Of a stretch of DNA of 64,000 nucleotides, positions 39,284-47,331 are shown in pieces. A program made the translations under genes and the position numbers. The notes beneath the pieces are model-generated. The model did not search any database. It was given only the letters and a program-made list of their open reading frames with translations, and had not been told where the DNA came from. Every line of letters starts with the position of its first letter. Positions within the stretch are counted from its first letter, which is position 1. Origin of the DNA: Parcubacteria group bacterium LiPW_30 (GTDB taxonomy: Bacteria; Patescibacteriota; Minisyncoccia; Phycocordibacterales; VMEP01); contig VMEP01000001.1 in assembly GCA_007375595.1 (NCBI GenBank), positions 178,816 to 242,815 of the forward strand. Reading direction: 5' to 3'.

Positions 39284-39826
39284 CTAATTTTTTTCTGAAT
39301 CCCCTTTTTTCCCACGCCTTGGCATTATGAGGAATTTTTTTGGATCGTTTGAAAGATCAATAAAGTCGTCGGCGACAGCACGAAGGCTACTTGAGGCTGA
39401 TTTACCAAAGGCGATAACTTCAACCTGTACTCCAACGTTTAGTTTTAGATATTCAACTAAAGGACAAAAATCGCCATCTCCAGAAACAATAACAACAGCA
39501 TCAAGCTTTGGTGCTAGCCTCATGGCATCAACCGCAAGCCCAACATCCCAATCTGCTTTTTTAGCGCCTCCCCAAAAAATTTGAAGATCTTTAACTTTTG
39601 TTTCTATTCCAACCTTCCCTAATGCTTCAAAAAAGCCTTTTTCATCATCCCCTTCTGTTTTTATGACGTATGCAATAGCTCGGACGAGTTGTCGTACCCC
39701 GACAGCTTCTTTCATTATTGCTCCAAAATTTACCTTTGCGTGATAGAGATTGCGCGCACTGTGATAAAGGTTTTGCGTATCAATAAAAACACCAACTCTT
39801 TGGTCTTTATGTTTTATGACGGACAT
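39284..39826 (-). CDS. NYN-domain (LabA/YacP-like) putative RNase
   Basis: VGVFIDTQNLYHS...VIVSGDGDFCPLVEYLK is the NYN/PIN-like signature. Confidence 0.7.
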   Translation of the reverse strand: MSVIKHKDQRVGVFIDTQNLYHSARNLYHAKVNFGAIMKEAVGVRQLVRAIAYVIKTEGDDEKGFFEALGKVGIETKVKDLQIFWGGAKKADWDVGLAVDAMRLAPKLDAVVIVSGDGDFCPLVEYLKLNVGVQVEVIAFGKSASSSLRAVADDFIDLSNDPKKFLIMPRRGKKGDSEKN

Positions 39827-39900
39827 ATATAAAATTTAAATCTTAAAGGAACCTATTTTATTAAAAATGAAATTACCCATCTATTAAGACGGGCTATTTC

Positions 39901-40164
39901 CTACTTTAGAGCTAATTTTTTAACGATAGAATCGTATCGTTTTTTGCTTTTTTTCTCCAAATACTTTAAATGTGTTCGGCGATCAGCAACAATTTGAATA
40001 AGCCCACGGCGAGAGTGGTTATCTTTCTGGTTTTTCTTTAAATGGGTAGCCAAATCAGTGATTCTTTTGGTCAAAATGGCAATTTGGACCTCTGCAGAAC
40101 CAGTATCCTTGTCGTGAACCTGTGCCTTTGACATGATTTCAGCCTTTTTCTTCTTCGTTATCAT
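39901..40164 (-). CDS. rpsO: 30S ribosomal protein S15
   Basis: 87 aa. HxxDxxSRRGL and LKYL motifs. rpsO-pnp synteny. Confidence 0.85.
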   Translation of the reverse strand: MITKKKKAEIMSKAQVHDKDTGSAEVQIAILTKRITDLATHLKKNQKDNHSRRGLIQIVADRRTHLKYLEKKSKKRYDSIVKKLALK

Positions 40165-40234
40165 GTCGCAAACTATAACAAAAAACCCTTATTTTTGCAA
40201 GGCCTGCACTAAAAACAACGTTTTTAAGTCTTTT

Positions 40235-40429
40235 TTAGTGGAGGTTGTTAAAAGAGGCGTCCTTTTTTAGCTTTTTTAGGGCTTCGTTGAGTTTCTTCTC
40301 CTCTTCGGCTGTTAATTCATGTGTTTCTGGGTATTGTTCAGCTTTTTTTTCAAAAAGATCCTCGCGCCCCAAAAGAGAAGCATCGCCGTGCACCTCATTG
40401 TCGTCCATTGGTAGTGATTCTAGTCCCAT
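40235..40429 (-). CDS. small acidic hypothetical protein
   Basis: 64 aa ORF only; no support beyond the ORF. Confidence 0.25.
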   Translation of the reverse strand: MGLESLPMDDNEVHGDASLLGREDLFEKKAEQYPETHELTAEEEKKLNEALKKLKKDASFNNLH

Positions 40430-40494
40430 ATTTGTATATTCATATAACTATATCATAAAAAAATAAATGGTATGACTATAAAATAAACTTTTAT

Positions 40495-40670
40495 TGCCGA
40501 CGTAGAGCGAGTGAAGTGAGAAAGTAATCTTTCTCACTTCCGAGCCGAGGAGAGCAATACAAGGGATTAAAATACCGCGCGGCTTGCCGCGCCAAAGCGT
40601 GAGCGAAGCGAACGCGCTTTGGGTGCAGAGTTTGCCCTGCGGTATGATACCTTTTATTTAAGTTTGACTT
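40495..40670. repeat. GC-rich structured intergenic element (multiple nested hairpins) upstream of xerC/D-like gene
   Basis: Hairpins gtgagaaagtaatctttctcac, gcgcggcttgccgcgc and aaagcg..cgcttt. Long-range ataccgc...gcggtat. Shares motifs with 42845-43000. Confidence 0.4.
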
Positions 40671-40731
40671 GGAAAATCATTAAAATAGAGCGTGTTTATA
40701 TGTTTGTCATGGTAAAATATTTTACGACATC

Positions 40732-41655
40732 ATGACTCAAGATCTAAAGAGTTTAAAACAACAATTTCTTGAATATATTGAAATTGAACGTGGAAGAAGC
40801 TTAAAAACTGTTCGTAATTACGATGCTTATCTCGAGCGTTTTCTTACTCAAACAAACGCTAAATATCCAAAAGATATAACTGATGATTCCATAAGGGAAT
40901 TTCGTCTTTGGTTGAATAGACAAGAAGGTCGTCGCGAGCGTGGAATGAGTGCGGGAACGTTAAAAAAGAAAACCCAAAACTATTATTTGATTGCTTTACG
41001 TATTTTTCTTAAATATTTAATGAAAAGAGGTATCGAAGCTCTTTCCCCTGATCGTATTGAGCTTGCAAAGGTGGCAGAGAGGTCCCTTGATCTTATTTCT
41101 TTAGATGAATTAGAGCGATTACTTAAAGCTCCTGATGGCGAGGATTTAAAAAGCTTACGAGATAAGGCTATTTTAGAATTACTTTTCTCAACAGGGCTTC
41201 GTGTTTCGGAACTTTGCTCTCTTCCTCGTGATATTGATCTTCGCAAAGATGAATTTTCGGTACGAGGAAAAGGAGAAAAAGTACGGGTTGTCTTTCTTTC
41301 CGATTCAGCAAAAGAAGCAATTAAAAAATATTTAGCAAAGCGAGGAGATATGGAGGATGTTCTTTTTATTGGAACAGGAAGCGTTGGAAAAAAGAAAGGA
41401 GAAATAACACACCTAACGACCCGTTCGGTTGAAAGAATCGTTGCGCAATATGCAATTAAGGCCGGTATCTCAAAAAAAGTAACCCCACACGTTATCAGAC
41501 ACTCATTTGCCACAGACCTACTTGGTAATGGGGCAGATATTCGTTCTGTTCAAATGATGCTTGGGCATGCCAGTATTTCAACCACACAGATTTACACGCA
41601 CGTAACTGACAAGGCTCTCAGAGAAATACATAAGAAGTTCCACTCTAAAAAATAG
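40732..41655 (+). CDS. tyrosine recombinase, XerC/XerD family
   Basis: RHSFATDLLxxGADIRxVQxMLGHASISTTQIYTHV catalytic C-terminal signature including the Tyr. Confidence 0.8.
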   Translation: MTQDLKSLKQQFLEYIEIERGRSLKTVRNYDAYLERFLTQTNAKYPKDITDDSIREFRLWLNRQEGRRERGMSAGTLKKKTQNYYLIALRIFLKYLMKRGIEALSPDRIELAKVAERSLDLISLDELERLLKAPDGEDLKSLRDKAILELLFSTGLRVSELCSLPRDIDLRKDEFSVRGKGEKVRVVFLSDSAKEAIKKYLAKRGDMEDVLFIGTGSVGKKKGEITHLTTRSVERIVAQYAIKAGISKKVTPHVIRHSFATDLLGNGADIRSVQMMLGHASISTTQIYTHVTDKALREIHKKFHSKK

Positions 41656-41698
41656 GAATGTTTATGCGAAAAACAGAAAAGACGCCGTTTGGCGTCTT

Positions 41699-42016
41699 TT
41701 AGTCTGGAAATCCCGCATACCACTCAACCGAACCATCAGGTTTTAGGTTGAGAGATACGAAGACTTCCTCCCTCCCGTATTCCGGGAAGTTTTTTTCCAC
41801 ATAATCGATGATGTCAATAAGGGGAACACAGAGTGATATTTTTTTGTACGCACTACCAATGAAAAGCTTTTCCCCGTTTGTACAAACTCCCCAGTTGCCA
41901 TAGTGACAACCTTCCCCATCTCTCTCCATTTTTCCGATTAAACGCCCGACACTATAAATAGAACCATTGGGAAGCATAATACTAACCTCCTTTTTTGTAA
42001 TTTCTACATCTATCAT
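41699..42016 (-). CDS. hypothetical protein
   Basis: 105 aa ORF between xerC/D-like and xth; no recognisable motif. Confidence 0.4.
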   Translation of the reverse strand: MIDVEITKKEVSIMLPNGSIYSVGRLIGKMERDGEGCHYGNWGVCTNGEKLFIGSAYKKISLCVPLIDIIDYVEKNFPEYGREEVFVSLNLKPDGSVEWYAGFPD

Positions 42017-42033
42017 ATGCTAAAATAGAAAAA

Positions 42034-42807
42034 ATGAAAATAATCTCTTGGAATGTTAATGGTTTGCGGGCCGTGCATCGCAAGGACTTGCTTCTCCCTT
42101 TTATAAAGAAAGAAAAGCCAGATATTTTGTGTTTACAGGAAACTAAAGCTGAGGAAGTGCAATTACCAGAAGAAATAAAAAATATCCCTGGTTATTTTGG
42201 TTATTTCTCTCACTCAAAAGGACGGAAAGGATATAGTGGAGTTGGTATTTATACAAAAATAGCACCAGAAAAAATTGAAGAAGGAATGGGGATTAAAAAA
42301 TTTGATGATGAAGGAAGACTTCTAATTTTACACTTTAAAAATTTTGTACTTCTAAATGTTTATTTTCCAAACGGCGGAGGTGAACCTCATCGATTGAAAT
42401 ATAAACTAGATTTCTATGAAGAATTTTTAAAACATATCGAAAAATTAAAAAAGAAAAATAAAGAAATTATTTTTTGTGGAGATGTTAATGTTGCACATGA
42501 AGCAATAGATATTGCGAGACCGAAGGAAAATGAGAACCAGATTGGGTTTTTACCAGAAGAGCGCGCATGGATTGACGAATATATTGCGCATGGATATATA
42601 GATATTTTTCGTTATTTTAATCCGGAAAAACAAAATGCTTATACTTGGTGGGACATGAAAACTCGCGCGCGCGATAGGAATGTTGGGTGGAGAATAGATT
42701 ATTTTTTCGCTTCGCGCAGTTTGTTAAAAAAAATCACAGGAACAAAAATTCTTTCAGATGTTTTAGGCTCAGATCATTGCCCGATTACACTAACGTTGAG
42801 TGATTAA
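42034..42807 (+). CDS. xth: exodeoxyribonuclease III (AP endonuclease)
   Basis: MKIISWNVNGLRA..., an EEP-family AP-endonuclease signature; 257 aa. Confidence 0.85.
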   Translation: MKIISWNVNGLRAVHRKDLLLPFIKKEKPDILCLQETKAEEVQLPEEIKNIPGYFGYFSHSKGRKGYSGVGIYTKIAPEKIEEGMGIKKFDDEGRLLILHFKNFVLLNVYFPNGGGEPHRLKYKLDFYEEFLKHIEKLKKKNKEIIFCGDVNVAHEAIDIARPKENENQIGFLPEERAWIDEYIAHGYIDIFRYFNPEKQNAYTWWDMKTRARDRNVGWRIDYFFASRSLLKKITGTKILSDVLGSDHCPITLTLSD

Positions 42808-42844
42808 ATAAATAAAGGACACTTATGTTAATTAGTGTCCTTTA

Positions 42845-43000
42845 TTTATTTCGGCTAGCGAGGAGCGCGTGGACGAGTACTCTCGTACACAGCGTCCGAG
42901 CGAAGACGAAATACAGGTCTAATACTTCACCGCTTACAGTAATAAATCGCAGGCAAGGCGAGATAATACCCTGTCGGCTTGCCGTGAGAAACCTTTATTT
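42845..43000. repeat. GC-rich structured element related to 40495-40670; overlaps 3' end of cca
   Basis: Shares cgaggagcgcgtggacgag (the window-wide GGAGCGCG motif), ccgagcgaag and ataccctgtcggcttgccgtg with the other element. Confidence 0.35.
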
Positions 43001-44464
43001 TACCCAATGCTTTTTTCTTATCTCAGAGACTTCTTTTGATTCCTCCTCTTCTTTTTTAGCTTTTCCTTCCTCTCCCAACTTCTTTAGCTCTTCAATTGAG
43101 AGTTTTATCAGCTCAACTGAACGTTTTTCTAGATATTCAGTCGTATTTCTTTCTGGTTCATCAAGTACTTCCTCAAGTAGGGCATGTAAAACATAACCTA
43201 TTTTAGGGCCTGGAGTTTCATGTGTAACTTCCATAATACGTTTCCCGTCTATTTTTAACATAGCAACCGATATCGGCGCACGCATTGCTTCTTCAATCAT
43301 AGACTCATATTTTCTAAGCCGATACGGGGTCTCTTTTGGTCTTCCCATGCCGATACGGTCGCAGGCGCGAAGTTTCATTAAATCCCAAACATGTTCTGGC
43401 CCAACGTTTTTTACGATACGCCTTACTGCCGATAAGGTTATTTTGTCTACATCTGAGAAAAATAAATGGTAACGCACTAACTTTGAAACAACATCTACGA
43501 TTTCTCGTGGAAAACGCATTCTTTCAAGAATTTTTTTTGTTACACGTGAACCAACGACATCATGTCCATAGAAGGTGTAATCTTTCTTTTCGTCAGACCA
43601 ACGACGTGTTTCAGGCTTAGAAACATCATGAAATAGAGCAGAAAGTCTCACGTGTAACGGCCATTCACGATCTGCTGAGTGTTGCAACGCCCTTAGGTTA
43701 TGCTCCCAAACGTCATAGATATGGTCACCATTCTGTTTAACATTAATCCCCGCTTCTGTTTCAGGTGAAACATATTTAAGAATACCAAGCCGATTAGCTA
43801 AAACTATTCCAATCATTGGGTTTGGAGACATAATCAATTTAATGAATTCATCACGAATACGCTCCTGAGCAATTTTACCGAGGTTTTTAACGTTATTTTC
43901 CAAGGCTTTTTCGGTCTCATTGTTAATCATGAAACCTAATTCAGTAGCTAGTCTGATAGCTCTGAGGACACGAAGGGCATCTTCTGCAAATCTTTCTTCT
44001 GGATTACCAACAGCCCTGATAACTTTGTCCTTTATATCTTTTTGTCCGTTATACGGATCAACAATTTGTCCTTTAGTAATATCATAGGCGATTGCGTTTA
44101 TAGTGAAGTCTCGTCGCTTTAAATCATCTTCTAGGTTTTTACTAAAAACAACTGAATCTGGTCTGCGGTAGTCGCTATATTTTCCCTCAATTCGATATGG
44201 GGTTATTTCAACCACCTTTAAAGATTCATCTTCAGTATTTTCGTTCACAACACCAACTGTTCCATATTCATTTTCATAAAATGTTTTTGGAAAGATTTTG
44301 ATAATATCTTCCGGTCTTGCATTAGTTGTGAAATCCCAGTCTTTTGGTTTTCTTCCCGCCAACACATCACGAACACAACCTCCAACTAGATATGCTTCAA
44401 AACCAGCTTTTTCCAAAGATTCGCTTATGGCGCCTATGTTTTCTGGAATATTTTCCGGTTTCAT
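42995..44464 (-). CDS. cca: CCA-adding tRNA nucleotidyltransferase with HD domain
   Basis: GGCVRDxLLG...DxD polymerase-beta head motif plus HD domain. Adjacent to tRNA genes that do not encode CCA. Confidence 0.8.
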   Translation of the reverse strand: MKPENIPENIGAISESLEKAGFEAYLVGGCVRDVLAGRKPKDWDFTTNARPEDIIKIFPKTFYENEYGTVGVVNENTEDESLKVVEITPYRIEGKYSDYRRPDSVVFSKNLEDDLKRRDFTINAIAYDITKGQIVDPYNGQKDIKDKVIRAVGNPEERFAEDALRVLRAIRLATELGFMINNETEKALENNVKNLGKIAQERIRDEFIKLIMSPNPMIGIVLANRLGILKYVSPETEAGINVKQNGDHIYDVWEHNLRALQHSADREWPLHVRLSALFHDVSKPETRRWSDEKKDYTFYGHDVVGSRVTKKILERMRFPREIVDVVSKLVRYHLFFSDVDKITLSAVRRIVKNVGPEHVWDLMKLRACDRIGMGRPKETPYRLRKYESMIEEAMRAPISVAMLKIDGKRIMEVTHETPGPKIGYVLHALLEEVLDEPERNTTEYLEKRSVELIKLSIEELKKLGEEGKAKKEEEESKEVSEIRKKHWVK

Positions 44465-44528
44465 TGTTTAAAAATTTTACTCCAGGTTTTGATATTTTCC
44501 TAATTTTCCTTATGATGTATGGGATTAA

Positions 44529-44600
44529 GCCCCCGTAGTGAAATGGATATCACGACAGTCTTCGAAACTGTTATTCCAGGTTCGAATCCTGGCAGGGGCA
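44529..44600 (+). tRNA. tRNA-Arg (anticodon UCG); CCA not encoded; one C-A mismatch in acceptor stem
   Basis: Manual cloverleaf: acceptor GCCCCCG/CAGGGGC, D-stem GTGA/TCAC, anticodon stem ACAGT/ACTGT with loop CTTCGAA, T-arm CCAGG-TTCGAAT-CCTGG. Confidence 0.7.
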
Positions 44601-44608
44601 TATGAATA

Positions 44609-44725
44609 TGCCCCTGCCAGGATTCGAAAGCCGGAGCGCGACGGTGCGAGGCGGGGCTGCGCAAAAATTCAGCAGAATTTTATGCGTAGCCGAATCACTT
44701 TGTTTATAAGTCGTGACCGAATCCT
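44609..44725 (+). repeat. tRNA-tail element copy 1: 20-nt exact antisense of tRNA-Arg 3' end + conserved core AGCCGGAGCGCGACGGTGCGAGGCGGG + aaaattcagcagaatttt hairpin + cgtgaccgaatcc
   Basis: Sequence 44609-44628 is the exact reverse complement of tRNA positions 44581-44600 (8-nt spacer). Core shared with three other copies. Confidence 0.7.
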
Positions 44726-44775
44726 TGTTTTATTTGAACTTATCTTAATCTCTGTTAAAATACGTCGATAAAAAT

Positions 44776-44846
44776 GCGGGTATGGTTTAGTGGTAGAACA
44801 CGTCCTTGCCAAGGATGAGACGGGAGTTCGATTCTCCCTACCCGCA
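44776..44846 (+). tRNA. tRNA-Gly (anticodon GCC)
   Basis: GCGGGTA acceptor, anticodon loop CTTGCCAAG, T-arm GGGAGTTCGATTCTCCC, discriminator A. CCA not encoded. Confidence 0.85.
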
Positions 44847-44850
44847 CAAA

Positions 44851-44890
44851 ATTAAAATAACCCGTCTTTAAGACGGGTTATTTTAATTTT
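44851..44890 (+). terminator. rho-independent terminator after tRNA-Gly(GCC)
   Basis: aacccgtctttaagacgggtt hairpin followed by a T-rich run. Confidence 0.55.
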
Positions 44891-44891
44891 T

Positions 44892-45010
44892 GCAGAGGGA
44901 GAATCGAAAGCCGGAGCGCGACGGTGCGAGGCGGGCTTAATTGCGATAAGTGAAACAATTGAGAGACGGAGGCTGACGAGCCGAGTTGGGGTCGCTAATA
45001 TTACGGACAA
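44892..45010 (+). repeat. tRNA-tail element copy 2 (13-nt antisense of tRNA-Gly(GCC) T-arm + core + ~100 nt identical to copy 4; right end degenerate)
   Basis: gcagagggagaatcgaa then agccggagcgcgacggtgcgaggcgggcttaattgcgataagtgaaacaattgagagacggaggctgacgagccgagttggggtcgc, identical to 47340-47438. Confidence 0.65.
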
Positions 45011-45252
45011 TTTTTCACATAAATGAGCATATTTTGTAAAGAGTAATCTTATAAAAATAAGGCTAAAATAGGTCAAAAGTGGGGATAAGTCGGGGGACAA
45101 TGTTAATAAGAGACACTAAAATTGTCCAAGAAAAAGACCTTTAAATGCTCTAAAACGGCTTTAAATAAGGATATATTGTCTTTTTCCACAGAAACTGTTT
45201 ATAAAGTTTCACGTGAAACTAAAAAGGTGTTTATTTTGGTATATAATCATAT

Positions 45253-45672
45253 TTGATGGATTCAAAAGTATTGAAAAATAAGGAGAGGCAACAGGTTGGT
45301 AGACTTGGGGAAGATATTGCTTGTCGCTTTTTAGAAGAAAAAGGTTTCAGTGTTATTGATAGAAATTACAGAAAGTTTATTGGAGAAATAGACATTATTG
45401 CCAAAAAGGACAAAATTTTATACTTTGTTGAAGTAAAAACTGTTTCTCGTGAAAACTTCAAAGAAGGTGAAAGTGGGCCAACTTCTCAGTATAGGGCTGA
45501 GGATAATATTCATCCACAAAAGTTAAAGCGCTTAAGCAGAGCAATTAACTCCTATCTTTCAGAAAAAGTGGGAAATGTTGATTATGTTTGGCAATGCGAT
45601 GCGATTATTGTTAATTTATTCACTGCTAACAAGATTGCAAAAGTTAAATATTTAGAAAATATTTTTGCGTAA
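45253..45672 (+). CDS. YraN-family (UPF0102) putative endonuclease
   Basis: GEDIACRFLEEKGFSVIDRNYR...GEIDIIA...FVEVKTV matches the UPF0102 restriction-endonuclease-like fold signature. Confidence 0.7.
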   Translation: MMDSKVLKNKERQQVGRLGEDIACRFLEEKGFSVIDRNYRKFIGEIDIIAKKDKILYFVEVKTVSRENFKEGESGPTSQYRAEDNIHPQKLKRLSRAINSYLSEKVGNVDYVWQCDAIIVNLFTANKIAKVKYLENIFA

Positions 45673-45729
45673 TTTTTTGTTTTTTGTGATAGGATTGATA
45701 AATTGTCGGATTGGAGGGGTTTGTTTTTA

Positions 45730-45800
45730 CGGGGTGTAGTATAGAGGTAGTACGTCTGCTTTGGGAGCAGATAGCCCGAGTTCGATTCTCGGCACCCCGA
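45730..45800 (+). tRNA. tRNA-Pro (anticodon UGG)
   Basis: Acceptor CGGGGTG/CACCCCG, anticodon stem TCTGC/GCAGA with loop TTTGGGA (G37), T-arm CCGAG-TTCGATT-CTCGG. Confidence 0.8.
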
Positions 45801-45848
45801 ATGTAGCGAAGCATAGTGAGGGTTGAGCGAATGAACTGCTTCATTCGC

Positions 45849-45956
45849 GTCCGGAATCGAAAGCCGGAGCATGTCGCTCTGCGACAGCGAGGCGGGGTCG
45901 CGAGTACTTATGAGCAAAGCGAATTGGTAACTCGTGACCGATTCTCGGCACCCCGA
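45849..45956 (+). repeat. tRNA-tail element copy 3 (antisense T-arm of tRNA-Pro + variant core + exact 17-nt sense copy of tRNA-Pro 3' end)
   Basis: gtccggaatcgaaagccggagc...gaggcggggtcgcg...cgtgaccgATTCTCGGCACCCCGA; the last 17 nt equal tRNA positions 45784-45800. Confidence 0.65.
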
Positions 45957-45973
45957 CAATGTAACTAAAGTTT

Positions 45974-47128
45974 TTAATTTGTCTCACTGATCAATAAGAA
46001 CATTAGTGGGATAGATAGATTTTCACGAAAATCTTTTTGAATCAAATCCAAGTCTTGTGAAATAAATTCATTTAAGTTTTTTCCGGTTTCATTCTCTATT
46101 TTTCTATTAATATGACCAGGTGTAATAGCAAATAATTCTCTGGTGTTTGTTTCTTTTGTTTCTGTGCTTGTTGTAATAATTCCTTCAAGTTTCCCAGTTG
46201 AACGATTGACCACCGCTCCACCAGAAGATCCTTGCTGAGAAAGAATGTTTCCTTCAATTGAAATAATGTCTAGTAAAGCACCATCATGGAAGTTATATAA
46301 TTCTTTAATAACACCGATACTTGAGGTAAGAAAAAGATTTGTTTGAATTGTTACACCGCCTAAAAACCCAGCAGGGTAAGCAGAAATTAAGACAGGAAGG
46401 CCACGCAATACATTTTCTGGGTCTATGTTTGGCTCGAGATAGGGGAAGGTGAGTGGTAATTGTTTTCCGTCTGTTGTCCCAACAACACGAAGAAGGGCGA
46501 AATCGTCTTCACCTGTGCCAGTTGGCTTTTCTTGTTTGATAACTTTTGAATTTTCGGTTACCCATTTTTTTGAGACATAGATAGGTTCAATCAAAAAAGC
46601 TGGTGAAGCAGGGGAGCCTTGTCTTGCGATACAGGTTATATAATTTTTTACTCCGTAATCACGAAGTAGGAAGTATTGTCCAATGTGGGCATTTGTTAGA
46701 ATAACTCCTTTATCGCTAATAAAGACCCCACTTCCCGATAATGGCTTGAAATCGCCACCATTTTGAGTGGTACAAAGGATATTAACAATAGTACTGCGGG
46801 TTAGTGCATTCAGTGGTTCAAGAGGGAGAATTTCAAGCGTAATGGTGCGTGGGCTTGTGGAGGCGATAGCGATTGGTTCTGTTTTACTTACAGTTGTTGT
46901 TTTTAGATTTTTTGGGGTCGTTGTTGCGGTTTTTTTAAGTGAGTTTATGGTCGTTGTTCCTTTTTCTATTGATGATGTAATTTTGGGAGAATTGTTTTCG
47001 GTTTTTATTATATTAAGTGGTGTTGTTTGTATTTCTTTTTGAGTGTTGTGTATAGGGAATACCGAAAAAACCCCGGCGATGATGCCAATTATGGTGTTTT
47101 TTAAAATAATTCCTAAGGTTTCAAGCAT
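45974..47128 (-). CDS. membrane-anchored trypsin-like (S1) serine protease
   Basis: Catalytic triad contexts TNAHI (His), DFALLRV (Asp), GSSGGAV (Ser). N-terminal TM helix. No PDZ domain recognised. Confidence 0.7.
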   Translation of the reverse strand: MLETLGIILKNTIIGIIAGVFSVFPIHNTQKEIQTTPLNIIKTENNSPKITSSIEKGTTTINSLKKTATTTPKNLKTTTVSKTEPIAIASTSPRTITLEILPLEPLNALTRSTIVNILCTTQNGGDFKPLSGSGVFISDKGVILTNAHIGQYFLLRDYGVKNYITCIARQGSPASPAFLIEPIYVSKKWVTENSKVIKQEKPTGTGEDDFALLRVVGTTDGKQLPLTFPYLEPNIDPENVLRGLPVLISAYPAGFLGGVTIQTNLFLTSSIGVIKELYNFHDGALLDIISIEGNILSQQGSSGGAVVNRSTGKLEGIITTSTETKETNTRELFAITPGHINRKIENETGKNLNEFISQDLDLIQKDFRENLSIPLMFLLISETN

Positions 47129-47223
47129 TGATTTGTTGCTTCGTGATAAGTTTACTAAATATTACCTTATCTGATAATATGTCGGATACATAGTTTGCCA
47201 CTAAAGTGAGCATACTCGGGCAA

Positions 47224-47294
47224 GCGGGATTAGTTAAATGGTATAACTCCAGTTTTCCAAACTGGTGTCGGGAGTTCGATTCTCCCATCCCGCA
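47224..47294 (+). tRNA. tRNA-Gly (anticodon UCC)
   Basis: Acceptor GCGGGAT/ATCCCGC, anticodon stem CCAGT/ACTGG with loop TTTCCAA, T-arm GGGAG-TTCGATT-CTCCC. Confidence 0.85.
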
Positions 47295-47331
47295 CTGAAT
47301 TTTAACAAAACTAACTAAGGTTAGTTTTGTT

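Noticed and set aside
44344-44771. ORFs 44344..44538 and 44538..44771 (+)
   Set aside because: They overlap the cca 5' region, tRNA-Arg and the tail element. The sequence is explained by the RNA features.
45582-45959. ORFs 45582..45959 (-) and 45644..45844 (-)
   Set aside because: They overlap the yraN 3' end, tRNA-Pro and the tail element. No coding signal.
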